The position numbers and the translations under genes are program-made. A stretch of 64,000 nucleotides of DNA from the human T2T-CHM13v2.0 reference genome, Homo sapiens, in assembly GCF_009914755.1 (NCBI RefSeq), contig NC_060943.1, one strand, 5' to 3'. The notes beneath the pieces are model-generated. The model searched no databases and was not told where the DNA came from. It saw nothing but the letters and a program-made list of their open reading frames with translations. Shown piece by piece: positions 1-15,964 of the stretch. The first letter of the stretch is position 1, and every line of letters starts with the position of its first letter.

Positions 1-81
1 ACCCACTCCCCTGCAGGACCTGTGACAGTCGGTCCACAGATCCTCCCCCACTGCTCTGAGTCAGATTCCACACACACAGCC

Positions 82-87
82 TTTATT
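82..87 (-). terminator. TRAPPC6A: TRAPPC6A polyadenylation signal AATAAA
   Basis: TTTATT on the + strand about 240 nt past the stop codon, followed on the minus strand by a GT-rich tract (GCTGTGTGTGTGG). Confidence 0.88.
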
Positions 88-324
88 GAGCAGCTACTGG
101 GCAGTGACGCTGCCGAGGCGGGAATCCCACCACAGTCCTGACCGCAGCTGGGACCCCTTTGCCTCCTCTGACACCCCCACCTCAATTTGATACCCACTTC
201 CTGAGCAAATGTGACCCCTAGGGCCTGGGATTCCCAAGACCACCCCGAAATGCAGCGGCCCCACCGTCTCCTGAGGCCGGTGAGGCCAGGGGCAGCAGTG
301 CGGCTCAGCAGGTGCGAGGCAGGC

Positions 325-356
325 TTAGGATTTCGGAATCACCACCTGGAACTTAC
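325..356 (-). CDS. TRAPPC6A: TRAPPC6A coding exon 6 (terminal coding part)
   Basis: ttctcttccag|GTAAGTTCCAGGTGGTGATTCCGAAATCCTAA, encodes (C)KFQVVIPKS*. Confidence 0.95.
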
Positions 357-1048
357 CTGGAAGAGAAGGCCTGGCTTAGGCTTGAGGATGGGATGGGGGA
401 GGCAGAGGGCACCTGGACGGCTCTTAGGCGCTCACCCCCGTCCTGCACTGACACCCCAGTGGCTAGGTTGGGCTGTTTCCTCCCGCCCACGGGGCCGCAT
501 CCCTGAGCTGTGTGAGTAACCAGGAGCATGAGGGCCACGGATGTGGCCCCAGGGAAGCGCCCGGCACGGGCTTCTGTGGTATGCATTGCTCGGTCCTACC
601 CCACGGGGGCCCCGGGGGCCCCCATGAGTGGGCCTGGGGAACCGGCAGAGGCAAAATAACTGAAGGTGGGGGAGGTGGTGGGGCAGGCTGTCCCCAGGCA
701 GGAATGGGGCTCCAGCTTGTCTGACAGAGGACACCCAGTCAGGCAGGCTGCAAGTTCCCTGGAGCCTGCCGTCGCCCCCATCGAAGGATCAGTGAGGATA
801 ACTTCTATTGCGTCCACCTCGGCTCCCATGCTGGGAAACGATGTTCAAAACCGCCAGACAGTTCTCTCTGCAGGGCTGGCGACGTCACGGAGCCAGGGGC
901 ACAGATGGGCCTGCACCAGCCGTGTGGCTGAGCAGGTGACTTAAAACTGGGCCTGCCTCCCAGGCACACACACAGGAGTGGGGCTGGAACTCTGAAGCCC
1001 CCAGCAACTCAAGGGATGAGAAGAATCCCCCCACCCCCCATGACTCAC

Positions 1049-1142
1049 AGACGGGCAGGGCTGCCACGGAGGCGGTGACCACGCTCTCAATGCCCAGGGT
1101 ATAGAGGGCGCCGCGCAGGAGGCCGCAGGTGAAGGCCAGGAA
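1049..1142 (-). CDS. TRAPPC6A: TRAPPC6A coding exon 5 (94 nt)
   Basis: cag|TTCCTGGCC...CCCGTCT|gtgagt, encodes FLAFTCGLLRGALYTLGIESVVTASVAALPV. Confidence 0.96.
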
Positions 1143-1296
1143 CTGAGGAGGGAACACAGACCAGCATGGGAAGAGAGGGGAGGCCAGCACCCGAGGTCTG
1201 GGGCACCCCTTAGGCCTGGGGAAAGGCCTGATGTGGGATGGGGCTGGGTAAACAGGAGGAAGGGAGGTGTGGACAAGGCCCCAGCTCCCCCCATAC

Positions 1297-1380
1297 CTTG
1301 GGTGCTTCCTCCAGATACTGCAGGCCAGAGGCCATCGGGAGGAGGAGGGGGAAGCTGTTGTCTTGCAGGACGTAGGTCCC
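1297..1380 (-). CDS. TRAPPC6A: TRAPPC6A coding exon 4 (84 nt)
   Basis: cag|GGGACCTAC...CCCAAG|gtatg, encodes GTYVLQDNSFPLLLPMASGLQYLEEAPK. Confidence 0.96.
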
Positions 1381-1985
1381 CTGGGGGAGAGGAGAGGCTG
1401 GTGGGTGGGGTCGGGGCCTGTACATTTGAAGCGCAGGGAGGGTAAGCAGGAACCCAGGTCTTAGATTGGGCTGAGGTTGGGAAGGCCCCCTTCCTGAGAA
1501 CCACTGGAGTCACAGCCTTGGCCTCCAGTGCTCTGGTAGGGCCCAGGGCTTCCAAACTTGGAGTGGGTGCCTGTGCCCTGGGGAGTGTGGGTCCTGCCCT
1601 CGCCTCCCAGGGTTGTGCAGAAAAGCTGGGGACCCGGCCCAGGAAGATGCAGAAGGGCAGGTACAGCCTGGGTGTCACTGGGGGACTAGACCAGCTTGGG
1701 ACAAGCAGCATCACACTGGGGGTAGGGCAGGCAGCCACCAGGGGCTTTCTGCCCATGCATGGCTCACTCCTGGTAGGCTGGAGAAGTTCCGGAAACACCC
1801 CCTATGCCCCAGCGCAGCCTCCTGGCTTCCCTTAGAGGATCAGACAGAGCAAGAGCTGCGGCCGCCTGTGGGAAAGCTCTGGGCGGGTCCCGGCAGCCGC
1901 TGCTCTGGCGCCGGGGGATTCCCCTCCCACTCTCTTGGTCTTGCCCTCAGGAGGAAGCTGGACGGGCAGGCCGGGGTGCTCCCAC

Positions 1986-2103
1986 CTGGTGATTGGTGCG
2001 CAGGCTGTCCATCTGCTTCTGGAACACCGCCACCCACAGGTCTTTGCACAAGAACTTGAGGACATCCAGCTCCTCCCTGAAGGCCAGCGTCTCCCGGGGC
2101 AGC
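1986..2103 (-). CDS. TRAPPC6A: TRAPPC6A coding exon 3 (118 nt)
   Basis: cag|GCTGCCC...AATCACCAG|gtggg, encodes LPRETLAFREELDVLKFLCKDLWVAVFQKQMDSLRTNHQ (conserved TRS33 motif). Confidence 0.96.
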
Positions 2104-2259
2104 CTGGTGGGGCAGTACCAAGCTGAGGCCGTGGGGCCAGGCCAGGAAGAGGGAGGAAGACAGGCCCGACTCCTGCATGGAGCAATGCAACCCTCCCCGC
2201 CCGGGGCCTGCCCAGCCCTGCCAGCCAGGCTGGGGGAGAGCAGGAGGGGCCGCGCTCAC

Positions 2260-2327
2260 CTCTCGCCTAGAGCCTGGCCCACACGGAACCCCATACCCTC
2301 CAGGACCGACAGGCTCATCTTCTGTCC
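2260..2327 (-). CDS. TRAPPC6A: TRAPPC6A coding exon 2 (68 nt)
   Basis: tag|GGACAGAAGATG...GGCGAGAG|gtgag, encodes GQKMSLSVLEGMGFRVGQALGE-R. Confidence 0.95.
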
Positions 2328-3385
2328 CTAGAAGGCCAGGGGAGAGATGCTCAGGGGCCCTTAGCCACCACGAACCCGGGGCCACCCAGGGGGGGACCTG
2401 CCAGGGGACCCAAAGACCAACTTGCTGGTGCTCGTCAGTTCAGGGGTGAGCAGGGAGGGGCTCTGGCACAGCCCGGCCAGGGCAGGGGCAGGCCTCTAGG
2501 GTGCTGGGGCTCCCTCACCCACCTCTGCAGACCTTGCAGGCTCTCTGGATCCCCAGATCATCAGCCCCCAAGAACCAGCTCCCCCTTCCCTCAGGAACAA
2601 TGGGGGTCTTCCCCAGGCTCCCTTCCTCCTCCATGACTTTTCCTGATAACCCCCATGACAGGCTGCACGTGCTTTCAGCGCGAACCCTCACAATGCCCTG
2701 GGAAGTGGGCGCTGCGACTCCACCAAGATGCTCCAGGTGACCTGCCCAAGGGCTGGAGGCTGGGCCACAGGAAAGGGGGCTGTGGAAGTCAACCATGATC
2801 ATCATGCCTTATAATATTGGCCAAGATCCCTGGGGAACACGTGGAAGCTCGGGACAGGCAGATCTTCGTTTGGGTGCTCGAAAAGGACAGTGGCTGCCAT
2901 GTAGTGTCTGGAGGGTAGGCCAGGGTCCATACAGGAGGGGACTGTGCTGGCAGAGGCAGGCCCCAGGTAGGAGGGCTGCACTCGGTGTCTGTCCACGTGC
3001 CTGTGTGTGTGGAGGGCATGGCTGGAGGAGAGGAGATGCTCATGGATTTTTTTTTTTTTAAGAGATGGAGTCTAGCTTCATTGCCCAGGCTGGAATGCAG
3101 TGGCCCAATCTCTGACTCACTGCAACCTCCGCCTCCCGGGTTCTAGCAATTCTCCTGCCTCAGCCTCCAGAGTAGCTGGGACTACAGGGATACGCCACCA
3201 CACCCTACTAATTTTTTGTATTTCATTAGAGACAGGGTTTCACTGTGTTGCCCAGGCTGGTCTCGAACTCCTCAGCTCAGGCAATCTGCCCGCCTCGGCC
3301 TTCCAAAGTGCTGGGATTACAGGCGTGAGCCACCGCGCCTGGCGAGTTTTCTTTTTTGGAGACAGAGTCTCACTCTGTTGCCTAG

Positions 3386-3505
<120 letters not shown>

Positions 3506-4359
3506 TAATTTTTGTATTTTTGGTAGAGATGGGGTTTCACCATGTTGGCCAGGCTGGTCTCAAACTCCTAGCCTCAAGTGATCCGCCCGCCTTGGCCTCC
3601 CAAAGTGCTGGGATTACAGGCAAAAGCCACTGCACCTGGCCATGGATCTTTTTTTTTTTTTTTTTCATTCGGGTGTTTTGCTGCAAGCAGAGGAAGGGAG
3701 GAGGCCCAGACTGGGGGGCACCAGAAATCCCAGGACGGCTGGGGCGTGAGGCGCCAGGTTTTTCAGAGAAAGCCTGGCAGAGCAGAAGTGGGGGAACAGA
3801 GGCGGCAGGTGTGCAGCCCTGAGCTGAAGGAAGCTCACCCTCCCGCTGGCTGCTCTCAGGAGCCTGCAGTCACCAGGCCTGAGCCCTGCAGCCCTCCCTC
3901 TCCTGCCCTTGACCCCCACCTTCCCTTGGGAATGGCAGCTACCGCCTCCTCCCTCCAGGGCTGCACCATCAGCGCAGCCATCCGAATGGGGATGCGAATT
4001 CTCTGCTTGGCTCCAGCCCTGGAGCGGGTCTCCCAGCCTGGAGAGCGTGTCCGAGGAAGGCTTCTTGCAGCCTGCGGGCCCAGCTGCCTCCATCCCTCCC
4101 TCACCCTCTCCTCTGCCCCCTGAGGACATTCGCTCAGACTTCTGAGCCTTTGTACCGACTTCCTTCCCTTCCTCCCTCCCAGCTTGCGTCCCCAGCCCTG
4201 CCCACTGCACACTGTCCCTGGATGAGGACACAGCTCTGTGAAGGTGGGGACCCAGGCTGACCAATTCACATCCGGCCTTCAGCAGCCAACACAGAGCTTG
4301 GCATGTGGGTGGTGCTTAACAGACTGGCTGATGAGACAACGTGCATCAACAAAGGACAC

Positions 4360-5797
<1,438 letters not shown>

Positions 5798-6454
5798 TAC
5801 TGTGTGGCAGGCGTTTTCTACAGCCTTCTTGTTTTACCTTTCCAGCCTCACAGAAGGCTGTAATTCCAGGTGGAAACAGGGGCTCTGAGGTTAAGAAGAA
5901 CCCATCCAAGGCACCCTCAGCACGGGACTGTCTTTCACACCCCAGCAGGTCCAGATAGGAGGGTGGGTGGGGTGACAGCCATGGCTGTTGAGGGCCTCAC
6001 GGAGGTGAGGAGCGCTGGGAATGGCGGGGGGGCCTGAGCTGAGGTCGCCCATATCTGAAGCCAAGGTGGCCCTTCCTCTGCCTGGCCCCTTGCCAGGCCT
6101 CGCCCTCATGGGTGACAACGACACGGCTTCCTGTTGCACTGTCTCCCTCTGGTGTCACCATCTGCTTTCCTCCAGTGTCCTCAGGCACAGCAGGGCCGGC
6201 CACACAGCAGAGGCTCATGGAAGGGGCCGATGACTGCAGGAGACGGGCAGGTGTGTGTGAGAGACAGAGTGGGAAGAGACCCCTGCCCGTGGGTCCTTCA
6301 TGGCAGCACTACCAGCGGCGCAGGTGCAGAGCCACCGCCTGGGTCCAGATCCGCCCCAGCACTTACCAGTGTGGGACCTGGGCCAATGGCTGAATACCTG
6401 TGCCTCAGTTTCCTCATGTAAAAAAGAGGGTCATTTTGTTTGTTTTTGAGATAG

Positions 6455-6610
<156 letters not shown>

Positions 6611-6888
6611 TAATGGCAGCTACCTCCAGGATCCTCACAAGGAGTAAGGGTTGGTAAAGGCAACCTGAGTACTTCAAGGCAGTTCCGGGAGCCTTACTTA
6701 TTGCATTCACAGCCTCCACATCTGTCAAACAAGGAGACGGCCCCAGCCAATGAGGGATGAAGCCCTTGGCTGGAGGAGAACCCCAGGAAGGAAGGGGGTC
6801 TGTTCTGTGGGCTCCTGTAGCCAGCACCTAGAACAGCCCGGGCGAGAGCTCGCTGCCTGGTAGCTGCGGCTCCCGTGTCACCTCCTCC

Positions 6889-7005
6889 CACAGCGAAGCT
6901 CCTGGAGGCAGGGCCCAGGCTGCACTCTGAGGGAACACGTCTGTGTCCACAGCAAAGCTCCCAGAGGCAGGGCCAGGCTGCACTCTGGTGGAACACGTCT
7001 GTGTC
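6889..7005. repeat. Two-copy tandem repeat, unit about 59 bp
   Basis: CACAGC(G/A)AAGCTCC..GAGGCAGGGCC(C)AGGCTGCACTCTG..GGAACACGTCTGTGTC at 6889-6947 and 6948-7005. Confidence 0.9.
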
Positions 7006-8215
7006 CCCACTCGCTAAGGGCTCCTTTATGTCCCTCCCTCATTCATGCCACAGACATTTCCTAGTGTCCTCCAGGAGCTCACCTACCTTGCCTGGCAGGG
7101 TTGACAGGTGCCCAAATGATGCCAACTGACAATCTGGGAAGGGCTGGGAGACTGAGTGCAAGGGGCCCGGGCAGTGCAGTGCAGAGCCTGCCCTCCAGGA
7201 GGGGGCCGGAGGTGGCAGGTATTCCAAGCAAAGGGCATGTGCCAAGGCAGGGGTGAGAGGCGGGGAAGGGAAGGGGCCCTCAGAGTGGGCTGCAGAGGGG
7301 GCATTTTCCCCTGCAGGCAAGTGCAGCCAACCTGAGGGTCAACGCAGGCCACGTTGCCTGAATGCCAGCCACAGTGGGCCACAGACTCAGTCCCTGCCCT
7401 GCTGGAGCTGGCGTTTCACCCGGGGAATGGGCAAAGGTGCAATGGCCGGCTTCACTATGCTCACAGCGACTGCCAAGAGGGAGGCAGGTGTGCTGCGAGG
7501 GTGCACTCCCACCCCTAGGAAGCACCCCGACTGTGCTGAGCCTGAGGGAAGAGGGGGAGTTCAACAGCAGGAGTGGGCTGTGAAGGCACACCAGGCCCAG
7601 GTCACAGCCAGGACGGCAGCCCCCGGAGGGGTGAGCTGGGGGAGAGAGTCAGCAGGGTCCTTCAGCCAGGCCAGGAGCGTGGAGTCTGAAGGGGTTCCAG
7701 CAAGTTCAGCTTTTCCCTTCATGAACTTCACACTGCCTGGGTTTGAATCTCGGCCCCGCCACTCACTGGCTCTGTGACCTTGGGCAGATTAGCCAACCAT
7801 CCCGTGCCTCAGTTTCCCCACATGTGCCATGGGGCTAATGGCAGTACCTGCTCACAGTGGTGGTGTGACTGGCAGGTGGCAACAGCTGGATACACGGCTG
7901 TGTGACTGCTGGCCCCACTGTACCCAGCCCTGGACAGGGGCCATTCAGATCCTGGCTGAACTGAAAAGGGCTGTGGGGAATCACAGCAAAAGGGAGGGGC
8001 CGAGGAGGAGCAGGAGGCAGGGAAGAAAGGGCGGAGGAGGAAGGGAGAAGCCTCCACCCACCTCATCACAGCGAGACCTGGTGGTGTCCATGCCCATGTC
8101 ACTGCAAAAGCTCTTCAGAGGTTAGGGGTTTATCTTTCTTAAAAACAGAAGGGGCTGGGCGCGGGGGCTCTTGCCTGTAATCCCAGCACTTTGGGAAGCC
8201 AAGGCGGGAGGATCA

Positions 8216-8500
<285 letters not shown>

Positions 8501-8649
8501 TCATATGAATCTGCCAGAGCCCAGCCCAGAGCCGGTGCATTTCTGGGGCTCCCCACGCCTGCCTCTGCTGAGTTTACACACAGACCGGATGAAAGGAAAG
8601 GTGGAAGGGAAGTCTTATCAGTGTCGGTGCTAATGACATCCACCACACA

Positions 8650-9030
8650 GGAAGGATCAATCAGACACAAAGCAGAGTTCCTGGAAATGAACAAATATGG
8701 TGGCCAAAATCAACACTTTTTAACAAGGGAACTGAATAACAGAGAAACCTGTAAGACAGATAACACCTCCCAGAAGAAAAACAGGAGGGAGGAAAAAATG
8801 AGAGAAAAGCTACAGGATGCTTGGAAGAGATGCAGGAAGTCTAATATTCCCTGTGGTGCCTACAGGACATACAGGGAACGATGCAGGAGAAGAAATCATC
8901 AGAGAGATCACAGGAGAAAAATGTCCTGAGCTAAAGGAAGATTCACACGTCCAGACTGAAGCCAAGGGGTTGAGCTCCAAGGAGGATGAACGGAAAAAGC
9001 AAACCAAAGCCCCTTTAGACACTTGGGAGC
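8650..9030 (+). mobile_element. Ancient L1 (L1M/HAL1-type) ORF1 relic
   Basis: A-rich sequence; the translation GEEIIREITGEKCPELKEDSHVQTE resembles the L1 ORF1p segment EEII.ENFP.L.KD...QI. Confidence 0.6.
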
Positions 9031-9031
9031 T

Positions 9032-9453
9032 CCTGGTCTCAGACAATGGGTGACAGCGCCTTAGCTCTTTACTACATGCACTCAGGGGAATCCTCTCTTT
9101 GCCCAAAGGCTTCCCTTGTCTTCAAAGCCTCTGAGGTAGAAAAGCCACGGCTGCTTCCTCCAAGGGCTTCTCCTCCTTAGAGAACAAAGGCCTTCCTGGC
9201 CCCTCTGGCCGGTCCTCCAGTTCACAACCTGTGACAGCCCAGGAGAATGGCCACAAATAACCACCGTACCAGGCAGGATAGGAGGTCACAAAAGCCCTAC
9301 ACACTGGCTGTGGCTCCTGGGCACCTGTGCTGTGGGGACAGAGATGAAGGAGCCACCATCCCTGTCCTCAAGGAGCTCTGAAGCTGGTGGGAAAGGCGGC
9401 CTGTGCTACCCAGAAGCCCTGGGGCCAGAAGCCTGAGTTCTAATTTTGCCTTT
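9032..9453 (+). repeat. 422-bp local duplication, copy 1
   Basis: Identical to 10224-10645 except T9404 versus C10596. Confidence 0.97.
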
Positions 9454-10223
9454 AAGAGAACATTCTGCCCTGAACTGGGAGGGAGGCGGGTGGGGGCCAT
9501 GTGCTCCACCCCTTCCTGTCTCTTGTGTCTGCCCTACCCCTCGATTGTTCTCTAGGCACCTGCTAGCTCCTGGGCAGAGGCTGACCCTGTTCAACGCCCA
9601 CCTGCTGAGCCACTCTGTGCCAGGCCCAGGGGTGTGGTGGGGAACCCAGGGAAGGAGCAGCCCTGGTTAAGAAAAGCACACAGACAGAAGTGCTGGCACA
9701 CAGATGGGTGAGTGAGGGGTGGGTGCGAGAAGCCTGCAGGACTTCCCTGCTGTTGCCCTCAACTCTCCTCCCTGGTCCAGCAAGGCATCCTGAGCAAGTC
9801 CAGATCCTGCCTCTGCCCACTCAGAACTCCCCATCCTGTCCCCTGGCCCAGCCCGGAAGGTTGAGCCCACCACAGCCTCTGCCTTAAGCTCCTGCAACAG
9901 CGGGGCCCTTCCCAGGCCAATCTCCATCCAGTCCATTCCTGTGGCCAGGGAGACATTTCTAGAATGTAAATCTGAGCCAGGCGCACCTCAGTTTAAACCC
10001 GGCTATGGCTCCCACTGCCTTCGGGATGGAGCCCCAGTTCCCAGGAGGGCCTCGCTGGAGCTCCCAGCCACAGATGCTCAGGACGGTGTTCCGGGCAGGG
10101 ACCTATCTGACAGCCGCTCCGCCCGCCCCACACCCTCCTCAGATAAGGGGCTGCCCAAGTGCACTCTCGGGGTGTGGTGGATGGAGGCCTGGCGCAGCAG
10201 GGCTATTCTCGGGGCGCCTCGGG

Positions 10224-10645
10224 CCTGGTCTCAGACAATGGGTGACAGCGCCTTAGCTCTTTACTACATGCACTCAGGGGAATCCTCTCTTTGCCCAAAG
10301 GCTTCCCTTGTCTTCAAAGCCTCTGAGGTAGAAAAGCCACGGCTGCTTCCTCCAAGGGCTTCTCCTCCTTAGAGAACAAAGGCCTTCCTGGCCCCTCTGG
10401 CCGGTCCTCCAGTTCACAACCTGTGACAGCCCAGGAGAATGGCCACAAATAACCACCGTACCAGGCAGGATAGGAGGTCACAAAAGCCCTACACACTGGC
10501 TGTGGCTCCTGGGCACCTGTGCTGTGGGGACAGAGATGAAGGAGCCACCATCCCTGTCCTCAAGGAGCTCTGAAGCTGGTGGGAAAGGCGGCCTGCGCTA
10601 CCCAGAAGCCCTGGGGCCAGAAGCCTGAGTTCTAATTTTGCCTTT
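10224..10645 (+). repeat. 422-bp local duplication, copy 2
   Basis: Direct repeat of 9032-9453 at an offset of 1192 bp. The ORF track shows identical peptides from both copies. Confidence 0.97.
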
Positions 10646-11674
10646 GAGTCTTGCTGAACCACCTCGAAATCCCTTCCTCTACCAAGCACAGGGTCCCTCC
10701 TCTGTGAATCGGGAGGGCTGTCCTGAGGACTAAATGCAGTCAACACTGTGCAAGTACTGCACAGACGCCCTCAGGAAACGGGAGGCCTGTCTGGTTCAGA
10801 GGAACCCTTTTGGGCCAAAGAGAAGGAATGGAGAGAGGAGGTGGGGCCAATAAAGAGAAAGGACTGAGGAAGCCGTTTCTCATGACAGGCCCCCTGAAAA
10901 ACGGGGCTCCCCAGGAGGAAGGAGTGAGGGGAAACGATGCAGTTCTCACCCCTAGCTGCAGCGAGAGCCACCTGGGAGCTTTCTGAGGCCTGACACTCAG
11001 GCCTCACCCCAACCGGGTTCGTCAGAGTCTCTGGTGTGGGACTCCAGCATCGGAATGTAGTGGCAGCTGGGTAGGGAACCCCTGCCCAAGGTCCCAGGCA
11101 CATTCGTGTGCTCTGAAAGGCTGGTGGTGAGCAGAGCTGAGTAAGCCAGTTTCCCACACTCGCTTGACCACAGAAACCCATTAAAATCCTTCCCAGGGCA
11201 AATGCTGGGAAATGCAAGTGAGAGTTTACAGCACAGGCTTTGGAAGTGGGAGGCCTGGTCGCGCTCCTGACTCTGCCACTTGAGAGCAAGGAACTCCGTC
11301 CATCAAAGCCTCCGCCGCCTCATCTGTAAATCGGGGAGGACCATGCCAACCTCTCTGGGTCATCAGAAGATCAAATGAAATCAAGAGTGAGAAGCCATGA
11401 GTGCACACAGGAAGCACTCATATGAGGGGAGGGAGGGAAGAGCTAGCACTGCTCATAAGCCAAATGAATCCCAGTCCCCACCCATCCCCACCTGCCACGG
11501 CACAGGCTCTGCATTCACCTCCTCAACACGTCCACACTGAGGACCCACTACGAGCCAGGACATCCAGTGGTCATCAATACACACCCAGGCCCATCCCGCA
11601 CAAAGTACACTCCGGCTGGGGGAGACGCATGTGAATTAAAGGATCATACAGATACACAATTCAGACGCATCCTG

Positions 11675-14789
<3,115 letters not shown>

Positions 14790-15225
14790 TAAGCTTCACA
14801 AGGAAGGGATTCTGTCTTAGAACGGTGCCTGGAATACAACAGACGCTCAATAAGTGGGTGTCGAATAAATAAATGTCCCACGCTGAGGCTTAGGTACGTT
14901 ATGATACTCATTTTACAAAAGAGAAAACTAGGACACACAAAGATTAAGTCATTGGGTCGCACACCTAGTAAGTGGGGGAGGCGAGTCCTCAGCACACGCC
15001 CAATAACAGCATTATTATGATTACTAGCCGCTTACTCAGGCCTTGAGCTAAGTGCTTTACCCTGAATCATCGCGCTCAATTTAGCAATAACCCCGAGCCG
15101 GCACCGTCGCGAACGCCACTTTCCAAAGGAGGAAGCCAGGGCCAGACGTTGCCCTGCAAGGCCGGGGCTGGGCCGGGTTCGAACCCGGACGCCTGACGCG
15201 CCCTCCGCTCTCCCAGAGGCGTTAC

Positions 15226-15267
15226 CTTGGTGGCCCCCGCTTCCTCCCCACGGAGCCCGGCGCTCAC
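15226..15267 (-). CDS. TRAPPC6A: TRAPPC6A exon 1 in-frame extension (alternative donor, +14 aa VSAGLRGEEAGATK; 173-aa isoform)
   Basis: Open 42-nt extension ending at AAG|GTAAC, donor at 15225. Confidence 0.88.
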
Positions 15268-15351
15268 CCCCGGGCCGGGGTCGGGGTCGTGAGCCCACAG
15301 CTCAGCCACCATCTCCGTGTGAAGAAACTCAAACAACACAGTATCCGCCAT
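15268..15351 (-). CDS. TRAPPC6A: TRAPPC6A coding exon 1 (short form, 28 aa)
   Basis: ATG at 15351-15349 (GGCATGG context), encodes MADTVLFEFLHTEMVAELWAHDPDPGPG, donor GTGAGC at 15267. Confidence 0.96.
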
Positions 15352-15394
15352 GCCCCCTCCTCGCACGCCTAAAGATGCGCCCAGCGCTTCCAGC

Positions 15395-15880
15395 TCTCAT
15401 TGGCCAGGCTTGGTAAGCCACGCCTCTTGCGTCACGGCGCGAGCCCTCCTACTCCGGCTTCCATTGGTGTTTTAGACTAGCCCCGCCTCCCCGCCCCGGA
15501 CTCAGGTGGTGTGCGCGTGAGCCTGGGACACTAGGGGGCGGGCCTACGCCTTCTCTGGCCACATGTGGCAACATCTTCTGCTCTTACTGCCGTCCCTTCC
15601 CTATTTCCGGGTTCTCGAGCATTCCTATTGGCCAAATTACTGGTTACACGTGACATACTCGGCTTTTAAAATCCCTATTGGTCCACTCCAGACTTTCCTC
15701 GTCGCACAACCTGGAAGAGCCGGCCCAGCTGTTTCTCTATTGGCGGTTCCTCCATTCATGTGACTCTTCTGCACGCTCACTCAAAGCTGATGCTGAGAAC
15801 TTGCTTCCTGATTGGTAGCCGGGCGAATCCACGTGACTTGGCCGCTAATGCCCGCCCAACCCGCTCCCCTATTGGTTGAA
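15395..15880. promoter_or_regulatory. Bidirectional TRAPPC6A/BLOC1S3 promoter (CCAAT, GC boxes, E-boxes, ETS)
   Basis: ATTGG at 15399, 15463, 15627, 15677, 15739, 15811 and 15871. GC boxes at about 15481-15497 and 15535-15542. CACGTGAC at 15647 and 15830, TCATGTGAC at 15756, TTCCGG at 15605, TGCGTCA at 15428. No evident TATA box. Confidence 0.85.
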
Positions 15881-15964
15881 ATCACAGCCCTTCAGCTGCC
15901 ACGGTGAGAACGCAGCACTCGGGTTAGGAAGCGGATCTCGCAAGCTCCGAGCGTCAGCTGCCGG
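15880..15964 (+). other. BLOC1S3: BLOC1S3 non-coding exon 1 (start approximate)
   Basis: Candidate donor CGG|GTACGG at 15965, pairing with the acceptor ctcttctcccctag| at 16420, 9 nt before the ATG. Confidence 0.6.

Noticed and set aside
941-1798. 285-aa minus-strand ORF overlapping TRAPPC6A exons 4-5
   Set aside because: Runs through introns out of frame with the real exons. It is GC-rich noise with no recognisable domain.
15352-15366. N-terminal extension MRGGG on TRAPPC6A suggested by the ORF track
   Set aside because: It starts at a GTG called by the ORF finder. The ATG at 15351 has good Kozak context and matches the known N-terminus.
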